Source: Alphaproteobacteria bacterium
GTDB taxonomy: Bacteria; Pseudomonadota; Alphaproteobacteria; UBA6615
Assembly: GCA_965261975.1 (NCBI GenBank)
Contig: CBDHEC010000047.1
Location: forward strand, 78,986-142,985
Direction of reading: 5' to 3'
DNA length: 64,000 nucleotides
The notes under the pieces were generated by a model. It had not been told where the DNA came from. It searched no databases and saw nothing but the letters and a program-made list of their open reading frames with translations. This document shows positions 1-9,062 of the stretch, one piece after another; positions within the stretch are counted from its first letter, which is position 1; each line of letters opens with the position of its first letter. The translations under genes were made by a program, and so were the position numbers.

Positions 1-2
1 CA

Positions 3-416
3 ATCGGCGGCGGCTGGTATGACTGGAATGACGATAAGGACGCGTTCGATTTTCGCGCGGAGTATCGTTCCGGGTACAAGCTGGCCGGGCTGGTGAAGCC
101 CTGGGTCGGTATCGAGGCCACCAGCGATCAGGCAATCTACGGCGTGGGCGGAATTCTCCTCGACCTCTATTTTGGTCGCCGCTGGGTCTTTACCCCGAGC
201 TTCGGTGCAGGATTTTACGCCGACGGCAGTGGCAAGGACCTTGGCCATACGATCGAGTTTCGCTCGCAGCTTGAGTTCGGCTATCGCTTCGATGACCGCT
301 CTCGCCTGTCACTAGCGGTGAGCCATATCTCGAATGCGAGCCTGGGCGACAGTAATCCGGGCACCGAGATCGCCACCATCTACTATCACATCCCCTTCTC
401 GGAAATTCTCGACTAG
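3..416 (+). CDS. Acyloxyacyl hydrolase / lipid A 3-O-deacylase (PagL family), 5'-partial
   Basis: Frame open from position 3 (IGGGWYDWND...); beta-barrel pattern with FRSQLEFGYRF and SHISNASLG..NPG motif. Confidence 0.8.
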   Translation: MGGGWYDWNDDKDAFDFRAEYRSGYKLAGLVKPWVGIEATSDQAIYGVGGILLDLYFGRRWVFTPSFGAGFYADGSGKDLGHTIEFRSQLEFGYRFDDRSRLSLAVSHISNASLGDSNPGTEIATIYYHIPFSEILD

Positions 417-436
417 CTGCCACGGGCACGCCGACC

Positions 437-1222
437 ATGGTTGAAAAGGGTGGCGCGTTGATCACGGGAGCAGCGCGACGGATCGGGCGTTGTCTGGCCG
501 AGACCCTTGCCGCCGGGGGCTGGCATGTTGTCGTCCATCACAATCAATCGACAGGTGACGCGGATGACGTGGTTCATCGGATCACCGAAGCCGGCGGTCG
601 CGCTGTCGCGGTGGCGGCCGATTTATCGAATCCCACGGCGTGTAATGGATTGATCGATGAGGCCCGCGAGCTGACGGGTGGGCTGGGGTGTCTGATCAAC
701 AATGCGTCGCTGTTTGTCGAAGACACGGCGCGAGATATCGATGCCGAAACCTTCGATCGTGTCATGGCGGTCAATCTGCGCGCACCGGCGATCCTGTCAC
801 GCGCGTTTGCCGAGCAGGTGCCGGATGATGGCGAGGCTGTGATCATCAATATCCTGGATCAGAAGCTCGTGAACCCCAATCCGGATTTCCTCTCATACAC
901 ATTGTCGAAGCACGGATTGTCGGTGCTCACGGAAATGATGGCGGCATCTCTGGGCCCGGCGGTCCGGGTCTGTGCCGTCGCGCCGGGCCTCACCTTGCCG
1001 AGCGGAGAACAGCCGCAATCCCAATTCGATGCCGTTCATGGCCGCACCCCGCTGGCGCGGGGCTCTCAGCCCGAGGACATCGCGGGTGCTGTGCTGTACC
1101 TGTTGGGCGCGCGGGCGGTCACGGGGGAGACAATCCTGGTCGATGGGGGACAACATTTGGTGCCGAGCGCACGTGACGTTATGTTCCTCGACCCGAGCCC
1201 TTCAAAGGATACTGGTGCATGA
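437..1222 (+). CDS. SDR family pteridine reductase-like oxidoreductase (FolM/PTR1-like)
   Basis: TGAARRIG, NNAS, YxxSK, APGLTL; overlaps folB start. Confidence 0.8.
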   Translation: MVEKGGALITGAARRIGRCLAETLAAGGWHVVVHHNQSTGDADDVVHRITEAGGRAVAVAADLSNPTACNGLIDEARELTGGLGCLINNASLFVEDTARDIDAETFDRVMAVNLRAPAILSRAFAEQVPDDGEAVIINILDQKLVNPNPDFLSYTLSKHGLSVLTEMMAASLGPAVRVCAVAPGLTLPSGEQPQSQFDAVHGRTPLARGSQPEDIAGAVLYLLGARAVTGETILVDGGQHLVPSARDVMFLDPSPSKDTGA

Positions 1223-1647
1223 GCATGCCCGTGAGCGATATGGCGGTCACCGACCCTGTGGAACAACGCTTGCTCGATCGGTGGCCCGAGGTGCGCAAGA
1301 TTTTCTTCCGCAATCTCCTCGTGGACATGCACATGGGCGTGCACGCGCATGAAAAAGGACGCACCCAACCCGTCCGGATCAATATGGTTCTGTATCTGCG
1401 CGCCGACATCGTCCCGAAAACGGATTCGATCGCAGAAGTTTTCAACTACGACCGCATCCATGGCGGGGTCCAGGATCTGATCGAGGGTCGCCACATTAAT
1501 CTCCAGGAGACCCTCGTCGGTGAGATTGCGGCCATGTGCCTTGGTTTCGATGAAGTCCTCGCTGTCCGTGTGTCCACGGAGAAGACGGACATTTATCCCG
1601 ATTGTGACGGGGTCGGATACGAGTTGGTGCGCGTGCGGGAAACTTGA
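1219..1647 (+). CDS. folB: Dihydroneopterin aldolase
   Basis: MGVHAHEKGRTQPVRIN, NYD, LQETLV, EKTDIY. Confidence 0.85.
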   Translation: MSMPVSDMAVTDPVEQRLLDRWPEVRKIFFRNLLVDMHMGVHAHEKGRTQPVRINMVLYLRADIVPKTDSIAEVFNYDRIHGGVQDLIEGRHINLQETLVGEIAAMCLGFDEVLAVRVSTEKTDIYPDCDGVGYELVRVRET

Positions 1648-1704
1648 TCCCGACCCGCGAAACGAAGCGCGCATCGTTGGGGTGTGCATGACAGGGAGAC
1701 AGAC

Positions 1705-2601
1705 ATGAGCCTCGATTGGCCGACAGATCGCATCGATTTCAATCCCATCCATGGCCGCGCGCCGTTGCCCCTGCCGGAGGGACGCAAGGTCGTCGTCTGG
1801 CCTTGCATCAATGTCGAGAACTGGGTGATCGAGAGCCCGATGCCGCGCACGGTGGTCAATCCGCCGGGCGGGGTTGAGAAATCAGTGCCGGATATTCCCA
1901 ACTGGGCCTGGCACGAATATGGCCAGCGGGTCGGTTTCTGGCGCCTCAAGCGAATCTTCGATGAATTCGGCGCGAAGTCGACGCTCGTCCTCAATGGCAC
2001 CGTTTGTGACGTGTATCCGCAGATCGTCGATGCCGCCCTCGAGTCCGGCTGGGACCTTTGCGGCCATGGCTGGATTCAACGCGCCCTGCCGGCGGTCGAG
2101 GACCAGGAGGATATGATCCACCGGGTATTCAAGAAGCTGAAGGAATATTCGGGCCGAGACCCGAAAGGGTGGTTGGGGCCGGCCCTGGCCGAGACCCATG
2201 ACACGGTGGACTGGCTGCATGAGGCGGGTTTCGAGTATGTCGCCGACTGGGTGCTCGATGACCAGCCGGTCGACCTGCGGACCACGTCGGGTACCCTGGT
2301 TGGCTTGCCGTATACCCAGGAGCTGAACGATCTGGCGATGCAATTGATCCAGGGTCACCGGGCTCAGGAATATGGCGACCGCGCGATTCGCGAGTTCGAC
2401 CAGCTGATCGAGGATGCCACCGCCGAACCGGGATCGACCCGGATCATGTGCTTCACCCTGCATCCCTACATCATGGGGGTGCCCCATCGCGCCCGTGAAA
2501 TCCGGCGTATCCTGGAGCATGTCTGCAACCGCGACGATACGTTCGTGTGGACAGGCGAAGAGATTCTCGACTGGTACAAGTCGGTCCGCCCGTCCCAGTA
2601 G
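1705..2601 (+). CDS. Polysaccharide deacetylase (CE4) family protein, PuuE-like subgroup
   Basis: INVENW, WHEYGQRVGFWR, HGW, GWLGP, DDQP, LHPYIMGVPHR; RBS GGGAG before ATG 1705. Confidence 0.8.
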   Translation: MSLDWPTDRIDFNPIHGRAPLPLPEGRKVVVWPCINVENWVIESPMPRTVVNPPGGVEKSVPDIPNWAWHEYGQRVGFWRLKRIFDEFGAKSTLVLNGTVCDVYPQIVDAALESGWDLCGHGWIQRALPAVEDQEDMIHRVFKKLKEYSGRDPKGWLGPALAETHDTVDWLHEAGFEYVADWVLDDQPVDLRTTSGTLVGLPYTQELNDLAMQLIQGHRAQEYGDRAIREFDQLIEDATAEPGSTRIMCFTLHPYIMGVPHRAREIRRILEHVCNRDDTFVWTGEEILDWYKSVRPSQ

Positions 2602-2611
2602 CCCGCCGGGT

Positions 2612-2780
2612 CAGTCGGGCCGAACCAGGTTTGTGAGGAACGTGCCCGATTCGACCCTTTGACGAGTGGGCCCGGGGAGAGACTGGCTCTCGACGGGACC
2701 GGCGCGTCATACGGAACACGTCCAATCTTCGGCGCAAATCCTGGTTGCCGAATTTGAGGGACCGGCTGCGTGTTTCCGTA
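2612..2780 (-). ncRNA. Candidate sigmaE-dependent structured small RNA (three stem-loops)
   Basis: Lies directly downstream of sigmaE-type promoter 2789-2814(-). Stems 2769-2780/2710-2720, 2705-2709/2660-2664 and 2645-2657/2617-2629; mismatches are G-U wobbles only on the minus strand. Ends approximate. Confidence 0.55.
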
Positions 2781-2788
2781 CCACCTTG

Positions 2789-2814
2789 TACGACCGCCCT
2801 TTGTGTTTGGATCA
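2789..2814 (-). promoter_or_regulatory. RpoE(ChrR-type) promoter TGATCC-N15-TCGTA
   Basis: Same motif and spacing as four other sites in the window. Confidence 0.7.
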
Positions 2815-2854
2815 CAACGGGGCCGCCGATCGTGCTGTTGAGGTTCCGCGTGCT

Positions 2855-2880
2855 TGATCCGTCGCGGCGTCGAGCACGTA
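2855..2880 (+). promoter_or_regulatory. RpoE-type promoter TGATCC-N15-ACGTA upstream of SDR
   Basis: Motif and spacing match. Confidence 0.7.
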
Positions 2881-2915
2881 GAAAGAGGCAATAGCGTCGA
2901 TCGGAAAAGGGTCAA

Positions 2916-3695
2916 TTGATGTCGGTGAGTAAGCCTCGAATCGCGTGGGTCACGGGCGCGAGCCGTGGAATCGGCCATGCGGTGGCGCTGGAACTGGCGC
3001 GGGAAGGCTGGACCGTCGCTGCCAGTGCGCGAAGCGTTGCGGATATCGAGGCTCTCGCGGCGGCGTGTGCCGAATTTCCCGGGGCCGTCCAGCCGTTTCC
3101 GCTCGACATCACTGACGAAAATGCGGCGCGAGAAACTGTCCGCGAGATTGAAAATCGGCTCGGGCCGATCGACCTCGCGGTCCTCAATGCCGGTACCCAT
3201 GAACCGGTGGATGGCCGCGCCATCTCGGTGGCGCCATTCCGTCGTCTTATGGAGATCAATTACATGGGAACGGTGAATTGCCTGGCGCCCGTCGCCGAAC
3301 GGTTCGTGGCGCGGCGCGCCGGCCGCATCGCCGTTGTGGCCTCGCTTGCCGGTTACCGTGGGCTTCCGACGGCCAGCGCCTACGGGGCGTCCAAGGCGGC
3401 GCTAATCAATATGTGTGAGGCGTTGCGGCCGGAGCTTCGGGCCGCCGACGTTCTTCTGTCTGTGGTCACACCCGGTTTTGTGCGGACACCCCTGACCGAT
3501 CGGAACCCGTTCCCGATGCCGTTCCTGATCGATGCGGACACTGCCGCGCGGCGCATCGTGCGGGGCCTCGCCACGTCCCGGTTCGAGATCACTTTCCCGC
3601 GGCGGTTCTCATATCTGATGAAGCTGCTGAGGGTCTTGCCCTACATGCTCTATTTCGCGGTGACGCGTCGGGCATTGCCGAAAAGCGAAACCTGA
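2916..3695 (+). CDS. SDR family oxidoreductase (cfa/DUF1365-associated)
   Basis: TGASRGIG, YGASK, PGFVRTPLT..NPFPMPF. Confidence 0.85.
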   Translation: MMSVSKPRIAWVTGASRGIGHAVALELAREGWTVAASARSVADIEALAAACAEFPGAVQPFPLDITDENAARETVREIENRLGPIDLAVLNAGTHEPVDGRAISVAPFRRLMEINYMGTVNCLAPVAERFVARRAGRIAVVASLAGYRGLPTASAYGASKAALINMCEALRPELRAADVLLSVVTPGFVRTPLTDRNPFPMPFLIDADTAARRIVRGLATSRFEITFPRRFSYLMKLLRVLPYMLYFAVTRRALPKSET

Positions 3696-3708
3696 CGGCC
3701 CGGCTTTT

Positions 3709-4971
3709 CTAGCCCGCGGACGTTATCCGGTACTGGGCGACGGAGATATTTCCGGCGCGGAACCCGGCCTCGCAATAGCAAAGATAATAGCGCCACAAGC
3801 GGCGGAAAGTTTCGTCGAAACCCTGGGCGGCGATCGTCGGCCAGGCGGCCTCGAAGGAAAGCCGCCACAGGCGCAGTGTCTCGGCGTAATCCCGCCCGAA
3901 TGTTCGGTTGTCCGAGATTTCCAGGCCCGCGTCGGATATTCCCTGTGCGAACCGTGTCGGGGAGGGCAACATGCCGCCGGGAAACACCCGAAGCTGGATG
4001 AAGTCGGGCGTGCGGCGATAGGCTTCGAACCGCGCTTCGTCGATCGTGATCACCTGCATACCGGCGATACCGCCGGGCCGGAGCCGTGCGCTGACCACGT
4101 CGAAGAAGGCCGGCCAGTAGGCCTCGCCGACCGCTTCGAACATTTCGATCGATGCGATCTTGTCGAACGTTCCCGACACATCGCGATAATCTTGCAAACG
4201 AACCTCGATCCGGTCGCTCAGGCCGGCATCGGAGATTTTCTGGCGCGCCCATGCGGCCTGTGATGGCGACACGGTCAGTGCGGTGACGCGACAGCCGTAT
4301 TGCGTGGCCACATGGATCGCAAACGCGCCCCAGCCGCAGCCGATTTCGAGCATGTGATCGCCGGGCTGGAGGTCCAGCATTTCCGCCAGCTGATCGAACT
4401 TGCGAATTTGTGCCGCGGTCACGGCCGTGCCCGAGCTGTTGCTGCCGGCATCGTGCCCGGCGTCGAAACAGGCGGACGAATAGGTCATGCTGGGGTCCAG
4501 CCATGCCGCGTAGAATTCATTGCCCAGATCGTAATGGGCGGCGATGTTCCGTCGGCTGCCTCTGCGCGTATTGGACCGCAACCGCAGGTGCAGGCGACCG
4601 AGCATTCGTGCGGCGCCCATGGGCGAAAAATGGTCGCTCAATGCATCGAGATTCTTGGCGCCCAGCTCGATCACGGCCGTGAGATCGTCGCTCTCCCAAT
4701 CGCCGGCGACATATGAATCCGCGAGTCCCAATGCACCGTCAAACAGGATGTGACGGGCGATGGTGTAGCGGTTGATCTTGATGGCGGCATCGGGGCCGTC
4801 GATGGGTCCCGTGGCACGGACGCGGCGTCCGTCGGGCAGTTCGATCGAGAGTTTTCCGGCCAACAGCTTCTCGGACAGGCGGTTCAGCGTGCTGGTCAGG
4901 AGGCGGGGGCCGATGGCGAGGCCGCGCGAACGGGGTTGAAGCGGAAAATCAGTCTGCGCGAACTGCGACAT
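3709..4971 (-). CDS. cfa: Cyclopropane-fatty-acyl-phospholipid synthase family methyltransferase (Cfa/UfaM-like)
   Basis: NIAAHYDLGNEFY, LDPSMTYS, LEIGCGWG, SIEMFEAVG, YLCYCEAGF; start 4971 or 4995. Confidence 0.9.
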   Translation of the reverse strand: MSQFAQTDFPLQPRSRGLAIGPRLLTSTLNRLSEKLLAGKLSIELPDGRRVRATGPIDGPDAAIKINRYTIARHILFDGALGLADSYVAGDWESDDLTAVIELGAKNLDALSDHFSPMGAARMLGRLHLRLRSNTRRGSRRNIAAHYDLGNEFYAAWLDPSMTYSSACFDAGHDAGSNSSGTAVTAAQIRKFDQLAEMLDLQPGDHMLEIGCGWGAFAIHVATQYGCRVTALTVSPSQAAWARQKISDAGLSDRIEVRLQDYRDVSGTFDKIASIEMFEAVGEAYWPAFFDVVSARLRPGGIAGMQVITIDEARFEAYRRTPDFIQLRVFPGGMLPSPTRFAQGISDAGLEISDNRTFGRDYAETLRLWRLSFEAAWPTIAAQGFDETFRRLWRYYLCYCEAGFRAGNISVAQYRITSAG

Positions 4972-5785
4972 GGGAAAACTTCCTCGGATCGACAACGATC
5001 GACACCGGGTTTGCGGGCGGTGCTGTGTGGCGGACGAGCGGCGTGCGTTTAAGCCACAAACGCAGCGCGTCCCAATGGATACTGGCGATCACTTTGAGGG
5101 TCAAAAGCGGGTAGCGCAAGATGGTCGAGGCAAGGAATTTATCGTTCAGTTCGACCCGTCGTGCGTGCAGGGTCGCGGCCAGCAATGGTCCGTCCCGGTC
5201 GCTTTCGCGAATGACGATGCTGACATCCGCACCAGGCGGTCGCAGCGTGATGTCATAGCGGCAATCCATCGGAATGAATGGCGAGACATGGAATACCTTG
5301 TCGAACCCGTGATGGAGGGTGGCGTCCGGGTCGTACGTACCGGTTTCTTCAGACTCATCGTTTCGTTGACCCACCAGATAGGTGTGGGATTCACCGAAGG
5401 TGTTTGCCACCTGATACAGCACCGCCGTCAATCGGTCGTCACGGTCATGGCAGAAATAGACGCTGAGAGGATTGAACGCATAGCCGAGGATGCGCGGCAG
5501 GCACAGGATGGATACCCGCCCGCCCGTCGGATCGATGCCGGCTGCCGACAACTGGGTATCCACCCATGCGCGCAGATCACTGCCGTCGCGCGGCCCGTGG
5601 TCGCGGTCGTGGAAACTGAACATTCCGGCCCTGTTGTGGGCAAAAAGCCGGGAGCCGCGGTCCAGATCATCGATCTCGTCCAGGTCGAGCAACAGATAGA
5701 AAACACCGTAGCGCAGTCGATGCGCGCGCGGCCGATGCCGGGCATGCACCACATGACCGGTAAAGGCTGTCGATCGTTGTGTCAT
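4949..5785 (-). CDS. DUF1365 family protein (UfaO-like)
   Basis: HARHRP..H, LPRILGYAFNPLSVY, NTFGESH, KVFHVSPF; likely start MTQRS at 5785 coupled to upstream stop. Confidence 0.85.
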   Translation of the reverse strand: MTQRSTAFTGHVVHARHRPRAHRLRYGVFYLLLDLDEIDDLDRGSRLFAHNRAGMFSFHDRDHGPRDGSDLRAWVDTQLSAAGIDPTGGRVSILCLPRILGYAFNPLSVYFCHDRDDRLTAVLYQVANTFGESHTYLVGQRNDESEETGTYDPDATLHHGFDKVFHVSPFIPMDCRYDITLRPPGADVSIVIRESDRDGPLLAATLHARRVELNDKFLASTILRYPLLTLKVIASIHWDALRLWLKRTPLVRHTAPPANPVSIVVDPRKFSHVAVRAD

Positions 5786-7170
5786 TCGGCAGCCGTCGCG
5801 TAACTGGTCATGTTGTTCGCCGAAATGTCTGCCGTGACGTTGATGCGGCTCGAGGGATCGGACAGCGACCAGGGGCGCATCTGACCCCCCAGGGCCTCCG
5901 CGACGGCAAGCCCGGATTGAAGTGCATCCTCGTGGAAACCGTATCCGAAGTAGCTGCCGCAGAACCATGTGTTGTGCGTGCCCTGCAATGACCAGAGTTC
6001 GGGTTGCGCCGCCAATGCGCCGCTGTCGAACATCGGGTGGTCGTACTCGAACATGGCGACCGGATTCGTCGGCGGCCGTTTGGGGTTCAAGGTGATGAAT
6101 ACATCCTCGTGGGCGTTGAGCCCCTGCAGACGATTTAGCCAGTAGCTGACCTGCGGCGGCCCGTTGTGGGTATCATCGCCTGCAGACGTGGCGGCGGCGT
6201 CCTCGCCAACATAGTTCCAGCTCGCCCAGACCGAACGTCGCCGTGGCATCTGCGTCGGATCCTTGTGCAGGTAGGTTCGGTTTCGCGTGTAGGGAATGGC
6301 GCCGAGCAGGGCGCGCTCGTCCGCCGTGGGGTCTGCCAGCAGCCGCAGGGCCTGATCTGCATGGGTGGCGATCACCGCGTGGTCGAAATCATGGACCCGC
6401 CCACGGTTGTCTGTGACCGACACACCGCCCGCGCGCCGGGTGATTCCGGCGACGCCCAGGTTTCGGTGAATGCGATTGGCGAAGGATGCGGTCAGCCGGT
6501 CGACATAGGTGCGGCTGCCGCCGGTGACCGTCCGCCATGTGGGCCGGTTGCGCAGTTCGAGCAACCCGTGGCTTTCGAAGAAGCGCACAAAGGCCTCTGC
6601 CGGGTAGGCGCGCATGTCTTCGGCGCTCGACGACCAGATGGCCGCCCCCATGGGGAGCAGATGATCTTCCACAAAGGCGCGCCCATAGTTGCCGCGTGAC
6701 AGATACTGGCCCAGCGACAGGCCGGCGAGTGCGCCGGCGGACAGATCTTCGGGAGCGACGCCATAAAAGCGTCGCAGATCGGCGAGCATCGACCAGAAGC
6801 GTGGCCGGGCGAGATTTCGCCGCTGACCGAACAGCCCGTTGGGCGCGTCACTGGAGTATTCCAGTCGCCCGCCGTCGAGCGATACCGCGAAGGACATGTC
6901 GCTTGACTGGGTCGGCACGTCGAGATGGCGAAAGAGCGCGACCAGGTTCGGATAGTTTCGCTCGTTGTAAACGATGAAACCCGTGTCCACGGGTGTGTCC
7001 CGACCATCCAGGGTGACGCTGCGCGTGTTCGCATGCCCGCCGGTCCAGCCGGCGGCCTCGAACACGGTGACCCGGTGGTACCGCGAGAGCTGCCACGCCG
7101 CCGACAGCCCCGCGATTCCGGTGCCGACGACCGCGATGTTGAGCACATGATGGTGCGAAGAGTCGGGCAT
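5782..7170 (-). CDS. FAD/NAD(P)-dependent oxidoreductase (UfaD-like fatty acid desaturase family)
   Basis: GxGxxG, VDTGFIVYNERNYP, GYGFHEDA. Confidence 0.85.
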   Translation of the reverse strand: MPDSSHHHVLNIAVVGTGIAGLSAAWQLSRYHRVTVFEAAGWTGGHANTRSVTLDGRDTPVDTGFIVYNERNYPNLVALFRHLDVPTQSSDMSFAVSLDGGRLEYSSDAPNGLFGQRRNLARPRFWSMLADLRRFYGVAPEDLSAGALAGLSLGQYLSRGNYGRAFVEDHLLPMGAAIWSSSAEDMRAYPAEAFVRFFESHGLLELRNRPTWRTVTGGSRTYVDRLTASFANRIHRNLGVAGITRRAGGVSVTDNRGRVHDFDHAVIATHADQALRLLADPTADERALLGAIPYTRNRTYLHKDPTQMPRRRSVWASWNYVGEDAAATSAGDDTHNGPPQVSYWLNRLQGLNAHEDVFITLNPKRPPTNPVAMFEYDHPMFDSGALAAQPELWSLQGTHNTWFCGSYFGYGFHEDALQSGLAVAEALGGQMRPWSLSDPSSRINVTADISANNMTSYATAAE

Positions 7171-7215
7171 GAGCAGCGGTTCCGGGGTGTGTATTGACGC
7201 GTTGTTGACGATTTC

Positions 7216-7241
7216 TACGCTGATTCTGCTTTCCTAGATCA
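7216..7241 (-). promoter_or_regulatory. RpoE-type promoter TGATCT-N15-GCGTA for oxidoreductase-DUF1365-cfa operon
   Basis: Motif and spacing match. Confidence 0.75.
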
Positions 7242-7267
7242 CGCGCGGCGAAATTTGCGGGAAAGAG

Positions 7268-7293
7268 TGATCTGAGCTCCGGCGGGCGGCGTA
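7268..7293 (+). promoter_or_regulatory. RpoE autoregulatory promoter TGATCT-N15-GCGTA
   Basis: Motif upstream of rpoE ATG 7317. Confidence 0.75.
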
Positions 7294-7316
7294 TCAGAGG
7301 TTGAAGGAAATCACTG

Positions 7317-8048
7317 ATGCACACCGAAGCCCTCCATATCGATGAGTTAAGTTCCCTGCGGGCGCCCCGTGCGCGCTCCGCTGCGGCGTCTCCTGCCTTG
7401 GTTTCGAGCGGCGTGGCGTCTAGAACGTCTGGAACGGAACGTGCGGCGGGACATCCTGCGGCATGGCGCGCAGCGAAGAAAGTGACGGCAAGAATGCAAA
7501 ATGGGGGCCCGGATTGGAGCGAAGTGCTGTGTGCCGTGGCCGAACGGGACAAGGCGTCTTTCGCCAGCCTGTTCCGGCATTTTGCGCCGCGGGTAAAGTC
7601 CTACATGCTGCGTCTCGGCTCGGACGATTCCCAGGCCGAGGACCTGGCCCAGGAAGCCATGGCCACGGTCTGGCGCAAGGCCGGTCAGTATGACCCAGCC
7701 CGCGCTGCAGCCTCGACGTGGATATTCACGATTGCACGTAACCTGCGTATCGATGCTTTCCGCCGCACAAACAGGCCCGAGCTCGACCCCGAAGACCCCG
7801 CCCTCGTGCCGGATGCCCCGCCTCAGGGTGACGCGGTGGTCGAACAGAAACAGAATGCCGCACGCATCCAGGCCGCGCTCGCGGAGTTGCCCGAGGAGCA
7901 GCGCCAGGTGATGCATATGTCCTTTTTCGATGAAAAGACCCATAGCGAGATCGCCGAGACCCTCGATCTGCCGCTGGGTACCGTCAAGTCCCGTATCCGA
8001 TTGGCCTTTGGGCGCGTGAAGGCGTCCATCGGCAGCGCAGAAGAGTAA
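7317..8048 (+). CDS. rpoE: ECF sigma factor RpoE (singlet oxygen response type)
   Basis: AEDLAQE, STWIFTIARNLRID, LPLGTVKSRIR; adjacent to chrR. Confidence 0.9.
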   Translation: MHTEALHIDELSSLRAPRARSAAASPALVSSGVASRTSGTERAAGHPAAWRAAKKVTARMQNGGPDWSEVLCAVAERDKASFASLFRHFAPRVKSYMLRLGSDDSQAEDLAQEAMATVWRKAGQYDPARAAASTWIFTIARNLRIDAFRRTNRPELDPEDPALVPDAPPQGDAVVEQKQNAARIQAALAELPEEQRQVMHMSFFDEKTHSEIAETLDLPLGTVKSRIRLAFGRVKASIGSAEE

Positions 8049-8741
8049 TTGCCCATGACCATTCACCACCACCCCGACGATGAACTGCTCGTTGCCTATG
8101 CCGCCGGCGAACTCGACGAGGCATGGTCGCTCCTGATCGCCACCCACCTGGCCTTGTGTCCTGACTGCCGTGCTCAGGTGCGCGCGGCGGAGAGCGTTGG
8201 TGCGGCTCTGCTTGAGGACATCGCCGCTGACGAACTGTCGGGAATGGCCGACGATGCGCTGGAGAAGACTCTGGCGCTTGCGACAGACCCCGCGGTGCAT
8301 CCGGCCGATGAGAAGCACGTCGCATCAGCGCCTGTTTCCGGAGATCCGGGCGGTGTCCCCGTCCTGCCACAGCCGCTGCGCGACTATGCGGGCGACGATG
8401 TGGACGGGCTCAAATGGCGGCGCCTCGGGTCGAGCGCGTTCCACATCCCGCTGGTTGCCCGGCGCGGTGCGCCGACTGCGCGGCTGCTTCGCATTCCTGC
8501 CGGCACCGCGGTGCCCGAGCATGGCCATAACGAGCTGGAGCTGACGATGGTCCTGGCGGGCAGCTTTGTCGATGCCGATGCACGGTTCGCGCGTGGCGAC
8601 GTTGAGACCGCCGACACTGATGTGGAGCATCAGCCCGTGGCCGAGGCGGGCACCGATTGTATCTGCCTCGCTGTGACCGACGCGCCGCTCCGCTTCCGCG
8701 GTCCCATTGCACGTCTGGTGCAGCCGTTTATCGGTATCTGA
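8049..8741 (+). CDS. chrR: ChrR anti-sigma-E factor
   Basis: [18 protein letters not shown] zinc motif, C-terminal cupin HGH..ELTMVL. Confidence 0.92.
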   Translation: MPMTIHHHPDDELLVAYAAGELDEAWSLLIATHLALCPDCRAQVRAAESVGAALLEDIAADELSGMADDALEKTLALATDPAVHPADEKHVASAPVSGDPGGVPVLPQPLRDYAGDDVDGLKWRRLGSSAFHIPLVARRGAPTARLLRIPAGTAVPEHGHNELELTMVLAGSFVDADARFARGDVETADTDVEHQPVAEAGTDCICLAVTDAPLRFRGPIARLVQPFIGI

Positions 8742-8817
8742 CGCCGCCGCTTTGCCATCGAACAGGCTGGCGCAGAAGCCGCGCTGGGGCTAATTAGGGG
8801 CGCACGTCGCGTGGCGG

Positions 8818-8894
8818 GCGCTCGTAGCTCAGTCGGATAGAGCGCGGGATTCCTAATCCCGAGGTCGCAGGTTCGATTCCTGCCGGGCGCACCA
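8818..8894 (+). tRNA. tRNA-Arg (anticodon CCT)
   Basis: Acceptor GCGCTCG/CGGGCGC, anticodon arm CGGGA-TTCCTAA-TCCCG, GGTTCGATTCC T arm, encoded CCA. Confidence 0.95.
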
Positions 8895-8899
8895 CGCGA
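8846..8899 (+). repeat. attL core (3' half of tRNA plus 5 nt)
   Basis: Identical to 44091-44144 except T8865 vs C44110. Confidence 0.95.
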
Positions 8900-9008
8900 C
8901 GCTGCGACATAGTACGATTATATCTAGATATCCGCGGTTCTTGGAGATCTCTCTATCCCCGGACCGTACTCTGCAGCATCGCTTCGTACCACTTGCTACG
9001 AGATAGAA

Positions 9009-9028
9009 CCGTTGCTAGACCGTTGCTG
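9009..9028 (+). repeat. Putative integrase arm-type sites CCGTTGCTAGA-CCGTTGCTG
   Basis: 11-bp tandem echoed near attR at 44013-44034. Confidence 0.55.
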
Positions 9029-9062
9029 TGTGTTTCGGTTTTGGTGAATTGGATGGCGAACA

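Noticed and set aside
1645-1670. TGATCC as a sixth sigmaE promoter
   Set aside because: No CGTA element at the N15 spacing.
2617-2660. Plus-strand terminator of the deacetylase gene
   Set aside because: Stem has three C-A mismatches on the + strand but pairs fully on the - strand; weak U tract.
2471-2815. Minus-strand ORF over the sRNA candidate
   Set aside because: Starts inside the promoter, the internal ATG 2710 has no RBS, and it runs antisense into the deacetylase gene.
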